64,000 nucleotides of DNA from Amoebophrya sp. A120 (taxonomy: Eukaryota; Protista; Dinoflagellata). The stretch's first letter is position 1. Every line of letters begins with the position of its first letter. Both the position numbers and the translations under genes were made by a program. Below the pieces are notes generated by a model. The model was not told the DNA's origin. It did not search any database and saw nothing but the letters and a program-made list of their open reading frames with translations. This document shows, one piece after another, positions 47,720 to 59,123 of the stretch. Where the stretch lies: contig CAJINV010000003.1 in the NCBI GenBank assembly GCA_905178155.1, forward strand, positions 5,091,700 through 5,155,699. Direction: 5' to 3'.

Positions 47720-50700
47720 ATGAGTGCAGATGACAATCTCTGGGGCGCATGGCTGGATGTCCGCGATCGGGACATTGTGAAGGAGAATGCAGACGCGGCG
47801 TTTGGGCGGCCCCGGAGTGCGCCAAGCACGAAGACAGCGGCTACGCTGGCGCGCCCAAGCTCCGCCGCGGCATGGTTGCAGCGGAGGCAATCCGAGTTGC
47901 AGCGGCGCCGGGACGTCGCAGAATACACTGCCTCCCCGGGGGGCTCTCCGCTCCTCGGAGCGGAATACAATTACACGTCCGGTGGCAGCAGCAGCAGTAC
48001 GAATCCCAATCCGCAGCTGGCTGGTTCTTCTGCAACAACCGATGGACAACAAGTCGCAGCGCCGCGGGTGCAAAGTGCGACAGCACGTCCACCACATGGG
48101 CATTCAAGCCACCGAACCACAGGAGCTAGTACTGCCAACGGAGCAGACGAGGAAAATGTCCTGACTGCGCAACCACGCCCGAAGACGGCCATTGGGATTC
48201 CGTCTCGGTTTAAGGTGAACACACACCTGATAGACTTTTCGCGCAAGGGCTTGTCTCCCTCCTTCCGAACGGGCACCGGAGTAGGCGCAGGAGGAGCAAC
48301 AGCGAACAAAATCGGCAACGGCACCGGCCCGAGCCGCGGCGACGAAGACAACACGCCGCTGGGTGGGGCACGAGTTCTTGCGTCAAGAACCAGTGACCTT
48401 GCGGCAGCAGACGCGACCACCGCCAAACCGGCGATGTCGCCCATTGTTGAGGAATCGTCCATCCTCACTGCAGGGGAGGAAAATTTTTTGGAGAAGAAGC
48501 GCATTATGTGCGAGAAAAGTCCGAAAAAGAGTATTTTCTCGATGCTGAACATAGAGCCGGCCGCTGCGCAGCCTGAAGTCGTAGAAAAACCGAGCTCGTC
48601 GCCGGGAAATAAACAATCCATGCCGCGGACCCCAAGCCGGCTCCCCTCGTCGCCCTCGTCGTCACCTCTCGCCATTGCGCGCCAAGGCAGCACCGCGACC
48701 CTCGAGGTGGCCGCGGGTGAGAGCGGCGACGCGGACTCGGCGCAGCGGACCGCCGGGCCTCCCCGCAGCGCCAGCGCCTCGCCCTCGAAGCAAAAAAGCG
48801 GGGTCGAGTCGCCGCAGCAGATCATGGAGCGCTTGCAGAAGCGGTGGCGCGCGTACCTCGAGGGCATCGCCGCCGAAGAGGAGGCTCGGCAGCGCAAGGA
48901 GAACTGGAAGCGGCGCATGGCCGAGGTGGAGAGCAATCGGATGTCCGCACACGACCGTCAGAAGTTCTTCAACGAGATTCGGTACAAGGCGCAACAGGAC
49001 TCGCACTTCCACGGGCAGTATCAAATGTAAAAATGTCTGGGTCTGGAAGGTTGGAACTTGTGATGTGCATTTCACAACACAGAAAAATCTCTCATGCATA
49101 GGCGGCAAAAGGTGCCCATTTCCTGTCACCAAAATGGGGGATTTGTGATGCGGATTAAGCAATGCGGAAGCTTCTCGAAATCTGTGATGCTAGGGCTTCC
49201 ATGACAGGCATTCTGTGTCATGCAAAAACAGCATGACAAAAATCTGCATTCTTCCAGACCCAGACATTTTTACATTTGATAGGCAGTTCATTCTCGCGCA
49301 GGCCACGGAAATGCTGCACCAAAATATCAAATGTAAAGATGTCTGGGTCTGGAAGAATTCAGGTTTGTCATGCTTGTCCGGCATGGCTCTTAAATCTGTC
49401 ATGCACGTTACCCAAGCGCTCCGTTTTTCTGTGATGCAGCGGCGCAGTTTGTCATGCAGAATAGGCAACACCTAGGAACTCAGAAACTTGTCATGCTGAG
49501 CCAGCATTTGTAGCCTCATCATGAGACGCCACCCAGCATCACAAGTTTCCAGACCCAGACATTTTTGCATTTGATACAAAACGCGGAGCAACCACTGGAC
49601 GCCGCGCTGCGCTACCGGCTTCAAACCCTGCTCGAAAAGGCGGCTCAGGTCACCCACGGCGACAACGTGTCCGCACTGCTGCTGCTGGCTGCTCTTGAAG
49701 AAGAAGAGAAGAACTATACCAAGGCACGGCAACTGCACGCCACGATCGTCCAGAAAGCAAAGGAGGGAAACGAAATTGCGCTCACTTGCCTCGTGGAGGT
49801 TGCGGAGTTTCGGGAACGCCAAATACAACGCGACGCCGACAACCGCCGGAAACGCGCACGAAAAAAAAGCATGATGAAGGTTCTACTTCGTGTGTTGATA
49901 TATTCTGCTCCTGGAAACAAGTACAAGTAGAACAGCAAAGTACCAAATAAAAGCTTTGACCTTACTGATAGAATAGATGCTAGGACCGGATTGATTTTCC
50001 TATCCTGTCAATACTCTCGTTGCGGGTCGTACTCTTCGTTTGAAACTTACTTCTAGCCGCACTTACAGCTGCATAGCATAGAGTCAAAATCATGTTCAGG
50101 TTGTACCGAAGAAAAAATCGACAAATCGAGGGACAGCAAACGTCATCGCGGAGCTAGCGATGAAACGCGAGGAGGTTGAGCAGCCCATTCTGAAGTACAC
50201 GGTGCAGCAGGGCTTCCTCGAGCCCATGCGCAAGGCGCTGCTGCGACTGACCGCACAACACCCGTCCGACAAGCGGCATCTGGACAGCCTGAAGCGCAAG
50301 ATTGCGCAGGAAAAGGCAAAGGAAAACCGGGAGCATGCGCAATCTCTGGCCACGCTGAAGAAAATTTCGGGCGGTTTCTTCATGCAGGGCGCGGCAAAGA
50401 CCGACAACAGCGAAGTTTCACACATGGAGAAAATGCGGCTCAAGCTGCTACAGTCCACAAAGCTCGCGGTGGATGTGAATACCATGATGCAAAGCACCAG
50501 TTCCGTATCTAGGAAAAAACAACCATCCCCATCCATTTTATGCATGACAAACAGAGGACTGCGTGCATGCTTTGCATGACAAATTGGATGGGGATGGTTG
50601 TTTTTTTGTGGATATTCCGACGAGGAGAAGCGGCGAAGAGGCGCGCGAAAAAAGCCACTGGTAAGCGAGGACACCGTGGTGCAGTGGATTCCGCGCGAAT

Positions 50701-52917
50701 ACTATCAGAATGAGAAGGTGGCGTATCGAAGACAGATCGACCGCGGCTACGATGAGAAGTACAGTTTTTTACTGCAAATTTCTCACACGCATCGTTGCTA
50801 CAACGCCGGTTCGGTTGTGCTTGCAGCTCCGCCTCCCTCATGGGGTTTTGTAAGGTTTCTATAAGTAAAATTTTCTTGAACTTGATTTCATCTTCGCACG
50901 GCATTGATTTGTTCTCTCCACCGCGACAGGTTCGACCAGGAGGTAACACTGAATCATGCTGGCGTCATCACTTTTCACACGCGAATGGCCCGGGCAAACT
51001 TTGGACAGCAACGTATTACAGTGAAAAGTGCCCCCCACCCCCAAAGTTGCAAAAATTTGTGCTGCGAAGTTTCCAAATGAAAACTTTTTGTCATGCATGA
51101 AAGGAGGACGAATCTTTCTGATGCAGAGTCTAGTCGTGTTTCGCATCGCTTGCATGACAAGCACCGCTCTTCCTGGGATCTTTTGCAATACAAATTTTTG
51201 CTATTCACGATCGGAAATCTGTGATGCTGATACATGCAAGAGGGCGAATGTTTCATTTGGAAAGGTTTGCAATACAAATGCTTTCAAGTTCGGGGGTGGG
51301 GGCATTTTTCATTGTAATACAACGACGCCCACAAAAGAAAAAATCGCGAGGCCAGTCGCTGCTGAAGAAGGCGTCCACGCTATCCTATGTAAAAACGTAC
51401 CCACCCCATAGTTGTCATGCAATTCTGCATGCCAAAAAAGTAAAAGTTTCTCATGCGGAGCCCTATGAGAAGCATTTTCTATTCGTGTTTTGGAATTTGT
51501 GATGCTAGAATCAGTATGGTAGGCTAGCTCTGTAATGCTTCTGAGCTAGCGAAACAGGATTACACTACGAGGACAAACTTGTCATGCCAAACGACCAAAG
51601 CTGTGTGATTTGTCAAGCAGACTTGACTCTGGTGTGGGTACGTTTTTACTCAGGATACACGCAAATGCTCGCAACGGGGTACCTACACTTCGTATTTTTT
51701 TAGCTGCAGTGTTGTTTTCTCATTCTTTCGCACCATTTTTTCGCGGACCTGCTTTAATTTTTTAGTTGAGTCAGTCCATTTTCGTTTCACTCACATTCCG
51801 TGCCGACGCACACTGCGTACATGGAACAAATCGAAACAGTGCTTTGGTAGAAGATACTGCGGCAAACGTGCGCGACGGGCTAGATTCTCCGAAGGAGCCA
51901 CCGGAGGCCGGAAGGTTGCACGTGGAGCGTCCGCAGTCGACACTGATGAAACGACGACCGGACAGCGCGCCCTACCTGCGCACCTTGCACACATGGGACT
52001 CGAGTAAAGGTTTCGACGTTTTCTCGATGATGCACGGCAAATCCGAAGACTACAATCACGCCGTCCGAAGCGCCGCGACGCTCGTCAGTCGGCGGCACAA
52101 GCGCGCCGCCAAGCAATCCGCGAGTGTTTCGCCCGACGGCCGCAACAGTGAAACGTCGTCCCCCACCTTATCTCGCTCGCCCTCGGTGTCCCCCAAGCGT
52201 AGTGAAAAAGAAGAGCCAGGAGCTGCAGCACCAAAGGTCGTGGGATCGAGTTCCACTTCGAAGGAAAGCAACGCCATGACGCCGACTGTCCGCCGGGTTT
52301 ATTCTGTAAAGGAGAACTCATTCCGCTCGCTCTCTGCAAGTCCGTCAAAGCAACAAAAGGACAAGAAAGGTACAGACAATGTGATTGGTCGGGTGCGTGC
52401 TGTTTTGAGCTTCTGCTTCTTCCATTTTCTGAGAAAAATGAATGCATAGTTTTTATCGTCCGAAAGCTTGTTGCGCACTTATTACCTCGCATCGTGCTCA
52501 GAACTTCTTCTAAATGAGGAGCACGCGGCGACGGCTTATGTTGTCATCACCCGCGTGCCAGATGCGCAAGAGGATAGACATTTAGAAAAATATCGATCCT
52601 TGTAAATTTGCAACTACTCCACAGGCGAGCACCACCACGCCACGGGCCGCAGTTTGCTTGAGAGTAGCTTGAAGCTTGCGAAGCTACCGCCGAAGTTGGA
52701 TCCGGACGAAATAGATACCTACCCCGACCTGGATGTTGCGAAGCTGTTCCCCATAGAAACGAAGGTCCAAAACCACGATCCACGACGAGTTCGCCGTTCC
52801 TACGGCCTCGTTCCCACGGAAACGCCAGACCCTCCTGAGGACGACTTTGCGTTGCGAGCGCGACCACCAGAGCGGGCATCACCAGAGCACTGCTTCCGCA
52901 CTGCTGCCCAAAGCTGA
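47720..52917 (+). CDS. Large hypothetical protein interrupted by five TIR introners and four canonical introns
   Basis: Inferred exons 47720-49018, 49287-49324, 49582-49879, 50100-50505, 50620-50758, 50930-51013, 51325-51380, 51663-51678, 51840-52387 and ~52625-52917 join without stops. No domain recognised. Confidence 0.65.
49019..49281. mobile_element. TIR introner, family A (263 bp)
   Basis: TIR tatcaaatgtaaaaatgtctgggtctggaag / cttccagacccagacatttttacatttgata. TSD ggcag. Removal gives HGQFILAQ. Confidence 0.93.
49325..49576. mobile_element. TIR introner, family A, second subfamily (252 bp), opposite orientation to the 13982 copy
   Basis: TSD caaaa. Removal gives LHQNAEQPL. Interior aligns with the reverse complement of 13982-14234. 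Confidence 0.92.
50506..50614. mobile_element. Minimal TIR introner, family D (109 bp)
   Basis: TIR tatctaggaaaaaacaaccatccccatcca / tggatggggatggttgtttttttgtggata. TSD ttccg. Removal gives STSSDEEKR. Confidence 0.9.
51014..51319. mobile_element. TIR introner, family E (306 bp)
   Basis: TIR tattacagtgaaaagtgccccccacccc / ggggtgggggcatttttcattgtaata. TSD caacg. Removal gives FGQQRRPQKK. Confidence 0.9.
51381..51657. mobile_element. TIR introner, family B (277 bp), opposite orientation to the 11749 copy
   Basis: TIR tatcctatgtaaaaacgtaccca / tgggtacgtttttactcaggata. TSD cacgc. Interior aligns with the reverse complement of 11749-12027. Confidence 0.92.
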
Positions 52918-54084
52918 TTCAGCAAACACCCTCTCCGCGATCGGGTGTGTGGGGTGTCCTTTCGTCCTTCTCGTTTTTTTTTCACTTTCGTGATCTACAA
53001 GAGCCTCTCTCTATCGAGTAATTCCATGATAGCGCATTTGCTTTTTGTCCAAATTATACGTCGCTTTTCCATCCTCGAGACTGGTTCTGCGCAGCGAGCA
53101 GAGCAATCGTATTTTGCGAGTTGATTTTTTGCGATACGACTGCAGAATGTAGGTTTTTTGGCCTTCGTGCTGTGATCAAGACAAGTGAGCTAGTACGAAG
53201 ATGCAGCCTGCTCCTGTACTAAATTTGTGTTTTGTAGTCTCGTGCAGCCGACCAACGGTTCTAAATTTCCATGCAATAAATTGTTTGCCTATACTTACTT
53301 TGTCTTTGATGGTCCCCCAAGGGGCTTTGGATAGCGTGTTCATTTGGGTGCAACAACACTGCATTACTTATATCAATAACGTGCGGGCCTTGCATCCGAC
53401 CACCGACAAAGTTGTGTGATTGAGCGATCTATCAGCTTAGTCACTTTGAGAGGCAGTATGGCGTCAAGGCACCGCTTCGGCTATTGTCTCCGCACAAACG
53501 AGGGCTGAGTGTCGAAAACGTCTGAAAATCTTCTGTGGTACTAACTGAGAGGCATGCTCTGTAGACAGGACAAGCGGGAACGAGTGCAGCGCATCGTTCA
53601 GCGGGAATTGTGTTTTGAAGTTCTTTTGACCCGCATTGTGTGGTCTGCCCGCATTGTGTGGAACCTCAGTCGTTAGCTGCGCTTGTCGCTGCACTGAAAA
53701 ATACAAGCGTTTGGAAAAATTCGCGGGGCCGCACAGCAGCGAAGGAGCCAAGGAGTTGCGTCAAAGTACACGACCAAGTAGTGCGACGCATCCATCGATT
53801 GCACGGCAGAGACGAGCACTGTTGTCGCCCAAACTTCTCCGTCGGACGCTCCCTAAGAGGACATTGCGTAGTTCATCGGCTGCACCTGATGCTCTCACTC
53901 TTCGACACTGCTCAAGCACCGTTTTGATTCACAACCGGACCAAGAAGGCCGTGCGGCTTCGTCCCTGTGATTTAGATTAAAGCAGGGACCTGCTTCTCGT
54001 CGTGCACGGTACAACGGGAAGTGTGTGGCGGAAGATAAAAACTGTGGAAAAAGAACAAGCACCAGCACTGCAACTGGTACCAGG

Positions 54085-56969
54085 ATGGGGTGTGGCGTCA
54101 GCTCCAGCCAAAAGCCGGGCGACCTGCAGGTGCAGCAGTTGCGACGCCGACTAACGGTCGCACAGCTCGATAAGGTAGACGGACAGGAAAATGGCAATGA
54201 GGATGGCGCAGACGTCGAACGCGGTCTCTTGCAAAAGATATCGGATAAGAGTACTACAATTTATCTCAATCCATTATTTGCTAGCAAACAAAGACCACGA
54301 ACAAGATGGTGGTAGTTTATTCACCGAGCTGCACTATGAATGCGCGAATGCACGTATGCTCGGCAGCGTGCATTGATAATTACCTAGCGCGTGTTTTATT
54401 TCATTCGGGCAGCATCCATTGTAATCAATCCAACTCCGAGGTATCTTGGAAATCGCCGATGAATTGAGCAAAGTGCTAGACAATGCGGACAGCACAGAGT
54501 CACCGACAAAAAGTGCAAGCGGAAAGACACCGAAGAGGAGAGTCAGCATAGGTACTAAATCAATGATGAACGGACGATCTTTTTTGAAGCATCAGAGCGA
54601 AGACAAACTGGTTTTGCTGGGGAATGCAGCCGGTAGAGGTCCGCGCGCAGATGCCATATTACGGATTTTTCGAAAGGATGAACTATAGGGAGATGAAAAG
54701 CAACTACTGTGGTCACGACAGGCTCTGAGACAGACAAGAACGCCAACAAGCGACAGAGCTTCAAGAAGAAGGACGAGTACAGGATAGGAGACGACCTCGG
54801 CGAAGAAGAGATTCGTATCGGATACTCGTGCAGGAAAGGTTTGAAACCCGAGTCACCCAATCAGGATAGCTGGTTTGTCTTGCTGGTATAACTTCATATA
54901 GTCGATTTTTTGTTTTAGGATCGTCCCCTGCCGCGCCGGGGGTGTACATATTGGCTGTCGTTCCTGCCGCACCAACATCTACGGATGAAAAAAGAGCGTG
55001 AGGGACGGTCTGCGTGCTTCCTTATCGCGGTAGACAAAGAATTTGGTAGTTGCTGTGGATTTTGTAAAAAAGAATTCTGAAAAACATAAATCCCCAGCAA
55101 GAAAACGAACTTGGGATATACGGCGTTTTCGACGGCCATGGCGCTAAGGGGCACGATGTGAGCAATCTGGTGAAGTTGTACCTTCCCAAGCTCATCCTGA
55201 CCAGCGAAAAGTTTTCGGAAGCACCGGAGAGTGTGATGGTAAGTTGCTTCCATCGCATGCAGAACCTCATCCAGGCCCACGACCGCAAGGGCCTCCTGAA
55301 CGCCCAGCTCTCAGGGTGCACGTGCACCATCGTCGTTCACGACATGCGCGAGGACCGCCTCGTCGTTGCGCATGTGGGCGACTCGAGGGCAGTATTGGTC
55401 CGGAAAGAAGACGGGGGCGACAGGTCTTCAGTTCTTATCATTTGTTTTGCATGTCGTGCACGGTGCGGTTGTAACGATCTACTTTTGGCTTGTCACCTGC
55501 GGGTTCTTGGTTCATCTAATTACTCTGTGCGCTGGATCTGATGCACCATCGGTATCGGATATCATTGACTTTGATGATTTATGACAGGGTAATCGCTGAG
55601 GACTTGACCCGTGACCACAAACCCGACCTGAAGGAAGAACGAGCCTACATTGAGCGCAATGGTATGATGAAAGAAGTTTTTACTGCTTTCATCTTGAGTC
55701 GGTCGGGTGCCTCGTGCGTATGTACTTAGTAGAATACTTCTTCGCAAGTCAAACGATGAAGAATGCATCCTCCGCGGCGCTCAGATACTTTATACATAGA
55801 ATTTCACTGCATTATCGATCTGCAGGTGGTAGGGTAGCGTTTGACGGGTTCGCAAACCATCGTGTGTATGTGAAGAACGGAACCTACCCGGGTCTCAACA
55901 TGTCCCGCGCCCTCGGGGATCTCCTCGGGAGCACCAACGCGGGAATTAACAACACTCCCGAGGTGCGGGTGATCGACCTGCCCAGGAAGACGGGGGGTGC
56001 CCCCAATGGTTCAGCACTTTCTGCCGACGGCACCAGGGCCATTCTCCTGATCTGCTCCGACGGCGTTTGGGAATTCGTCTCCTCAAATCAAGCAAAAGAC
56101 TTCGTATTTTACTTTCTTCTGTGAAAAATCTCGCGTGGGCGTGGTCTAGTACTAATGGTTTGATGTTCGACAGGAATAGAACTACACGTACACGTCTTCA
56201 CGACGGACAACGTTTGATCACAATCTAACAGGCGATGCGGTTTGACGCAAGGCGTGCAAAGGATGCAGCCGAAACGCTGGCCAAGGAGTCTTGGGATCGC
56301 TGGATACATGAGTTATCGTGGAAGGCTTGAGGGCAGGAGAAACTGTTGTCTGGCCTTAATTGCTTTCTCTGAAATGCATGCTCTAGACTTGGACTACTTT
56401 TGCAACGAATTTTGAAATGACAAGTCTCCTTCTGCTAGGCATTGCCTACGCAGTAGGATCGGAACTCGAACTTGTTTTTTTCACAGCTTCAGAAAAGAGT
56501 GTCAGTTTCGGCAGAGCAAGTGTCAGCCAAATTTGACTTGCTCTCAAATTTTCCCAGAATACGAAGAGGGTGGCTGCGTGGTGGATGACATCTATCCTGT
56601 CGAAAAGCGACGATCCCACCCCAGACTTGTCATGCAGATTTGCATGCCCAGCAGCACGCGTCGTCTGACCCCCGATGGCAGTATAGTAATTTTCTAGCCG
56701 CTTTTCCTCGAGATTTGTCATGCTCTATTCAGCATAAGAAAGTGCGGCATGTGTGTATGATGCGGCTGAACTACCTCGGAACGACTGCCGTGCAGGTCCA
56801 AGTCAAACTTGTGTTAAAGTCACATAGTCTGTTTCTGCAGAGCCAAATACCTTGTCATGCAGCGAAGTTTCTGCATTTGTTTTGTTTAGCTGATTTTTAA
56901 ACATCTTTGCGGTGGAGTGGGTACGATTTCCGTCGCGATAACATTACCACATTGGTCATCTACATCTGA
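54085..56969 (+). CDS. PP2C/PPM-family protein phosphatase with predicted N-myristoylation/palmitoylation
   Basis: MGCGVSS start; motifs RKGLKPESPNQD, YGVFDGHG, SGCTC, AHVGDSRA, DHKP, GLNMSRALGD, ICSDGVWE and terminal VVDDITTLVIYI*. Multi-exon; the junction near 56310-56565 is unresolved. Confidence 0.85.
56593..56940. mobile_element. Diverged TIR introner (348 bp) splitting the PP2C DDIT motif
   Basis: Imperfect TIR tatcctgtcgaaaagcgacgatcccacccca / tggagtgggtacgatttccgtcgcgata. TSD acatc/acatt. Removal gives VVDDITTLV. Confidence 0.82.
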
Positions 56970-59123
56970 GGAATCTGAGGATTGTTGGAACAACAGTCAC
57001 TTGTAGGCCTTTCTAGTTACAAATTCAAATCCGATAAGAGAAGTATTCGACAATTTCTGCTTTTTGAAACGAATAGGGCAGGCAACACACCAGCCGCAAG
57101 TGCCGCAAGTCTTCGCGCTTTGTATGAATATAACAATGACGACCCGAGCGAGGCTTCTCCGTACTATGCCATCTTTATCTGTGTTGCCTCCTCCTTGTCG
57201 TTTACGATTGCCGACTGCGTATGATTAAATCAGTTTGCATCTAAATTTTCCCGCCTTCGCTTTACAACACTGAGCGCATCGGCCGCCATCAATCTGATGT
57301 CTGTGTGCGCGCGAGAGGGAAGAAGGCAAAGGTTGCAGCTTCTTTCTTCGCAAGTGCTCTGAGTCTGATGGTTGGCTTGGTGTGGTCAGTATCACCGATG
57401 GGTAGTACTCATGCAGTAATGACCTTTGATAATGATCGAATTTTTTAGAACCTCACTGTATTGCCACGGTGCCAGCTTCCTATTCCTTGCAATTGCGGCG
57501 TCCCTTACTCGCTTCTTTGCTTCTGCTTCATCCGAGAGCGGGGGAACAAAATCACTGTGCTTGGCAAACTAGTACATCCGTGCTTGTAAAGCTACCATCA
57601 CTTCTTGTTGTAAGCTAAGTCTAAGTTTCAAGTTTCGTTTCCTACTGTATCTTGCAGAATGAAGATTTGATCTATGTTTCTTTTGCTTGGAAAATTAATG
57701 TCAGTGACTCTGTTTCTTAACCGCGGGGAGTGAGAGGGAAGGTTTCAACTACACTCCACCGGCCACAAACTACGTCATGCTTCTACAGATATTCAAAAGT
57801 GCAACGAACCTGTCCGCGACAGCATTCCTCTACACTCTTGTTATTTGATGTCCTAAAACGTACGCCAAGATAATTTTTTAGCTTTGAAAACGGACTCCGG
57901 GCCAAACGCAAGTCAGTATTGCAGGACAGGAGCACCGACACCCACCCCATATATATAATTTAGCGGCTAGTTTTTTCACTACCACTACAAGCGCCGAGGC
58001 CCAGTAGAAGATTGATCCATATGAACTACATGTGGAAACCCGCCCCCGAAGATATGCTTACCGCATAATCGCTTTCTGCGGTGCGTCTTGTAAAGTCCAG
58101 GCCAAAACGAAAACAAGTCTTGGGGTGGACGTGGGTCGGCCGTTTCTCATGATTGCAAAAAAGGTTTTGCGGCCCGAAACAAATCGACTATAGCACAAAT
58201 GAATGTACACTACGTTGAAAAATGTACTGCCACTCACTCGTTGGAAAATTCACTCAAACAACAAATTCGAACGAGGTGCCCACGAAGAACAAGCTAGCGG
58301 CGCCGCATATTGACACGATGGGTTTTTCACGAGAAACTATTTTTTCGGATCGGGGAACCAGCGGGAGTCGCAAGAACATATTGGTATTGCGTACTACAGA
58401 CGATGCCCTGAGTGAGGAGGTAGACGTACCCTTGAAGAGGTTCATCACGGAGGCGTGGGCGTTCTAGAGCGTATCCACTTGCAAAATTATATGTATACGG
58501 CTGCAGTGCCGTGGTTCTTTGAGGCTTTTCAGGAGCGCACGCACTCACCGCCATCCAAAAGATGATCGTGAGCTGTAATATTAAGACCAAACGAGTGACT
58601 TTCAATGTTGTGGAGTTTGTAGAACGCAACGAAGTAAGTTTACACAAGAATGACGGGCCTATTTTCACCGTTTGGAAATCGTGGCCTCGTGGCACTGGGG
58701 GTCGTGCTCCAGCCCGAGTTGTCTCCGCTCGCGCAGGGTCGCCTGGGTGATGTGGAAGTGCAGGTCAATAGCGGAGCAGACACCGAAGCCTTCGATGCTG
58801 CAGTACCATTCAGAAAAGGCAAAGAAGCAAATGCAAGTGCTTGTCGTGTAGCCTTCAGCAAAACAGAATTGATGTATGGAGTGCTGAATGAATGGCCATG
58901 AGAGGCAATAAGTATTCATTCTCGGGCTATCGATGTATCATTTTTGCACTTAGCCAATTCCTTTTCGTTTGGTACCCGGACACCGACGCGTTTCTGGAGA
59001 CGTATCATAATAGAAACTGTTCCCGGTCCTACTCCTATCTATTTAGCTTGAAGATCCCGCGAAGGAGCGCTGCATCGCTCATATACGTCCTGCGACAGAA
59101 GTTGATGTGGTTGCGGCCCACTC

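Noticed and set aside
22551-48936. Long minus-strand ORFs (e.g. 22551-23147, 30030-31181, 46122-47114, 47971-48936)
   Set aside because: These are antisense shadows of GC3-rich + strand exons.
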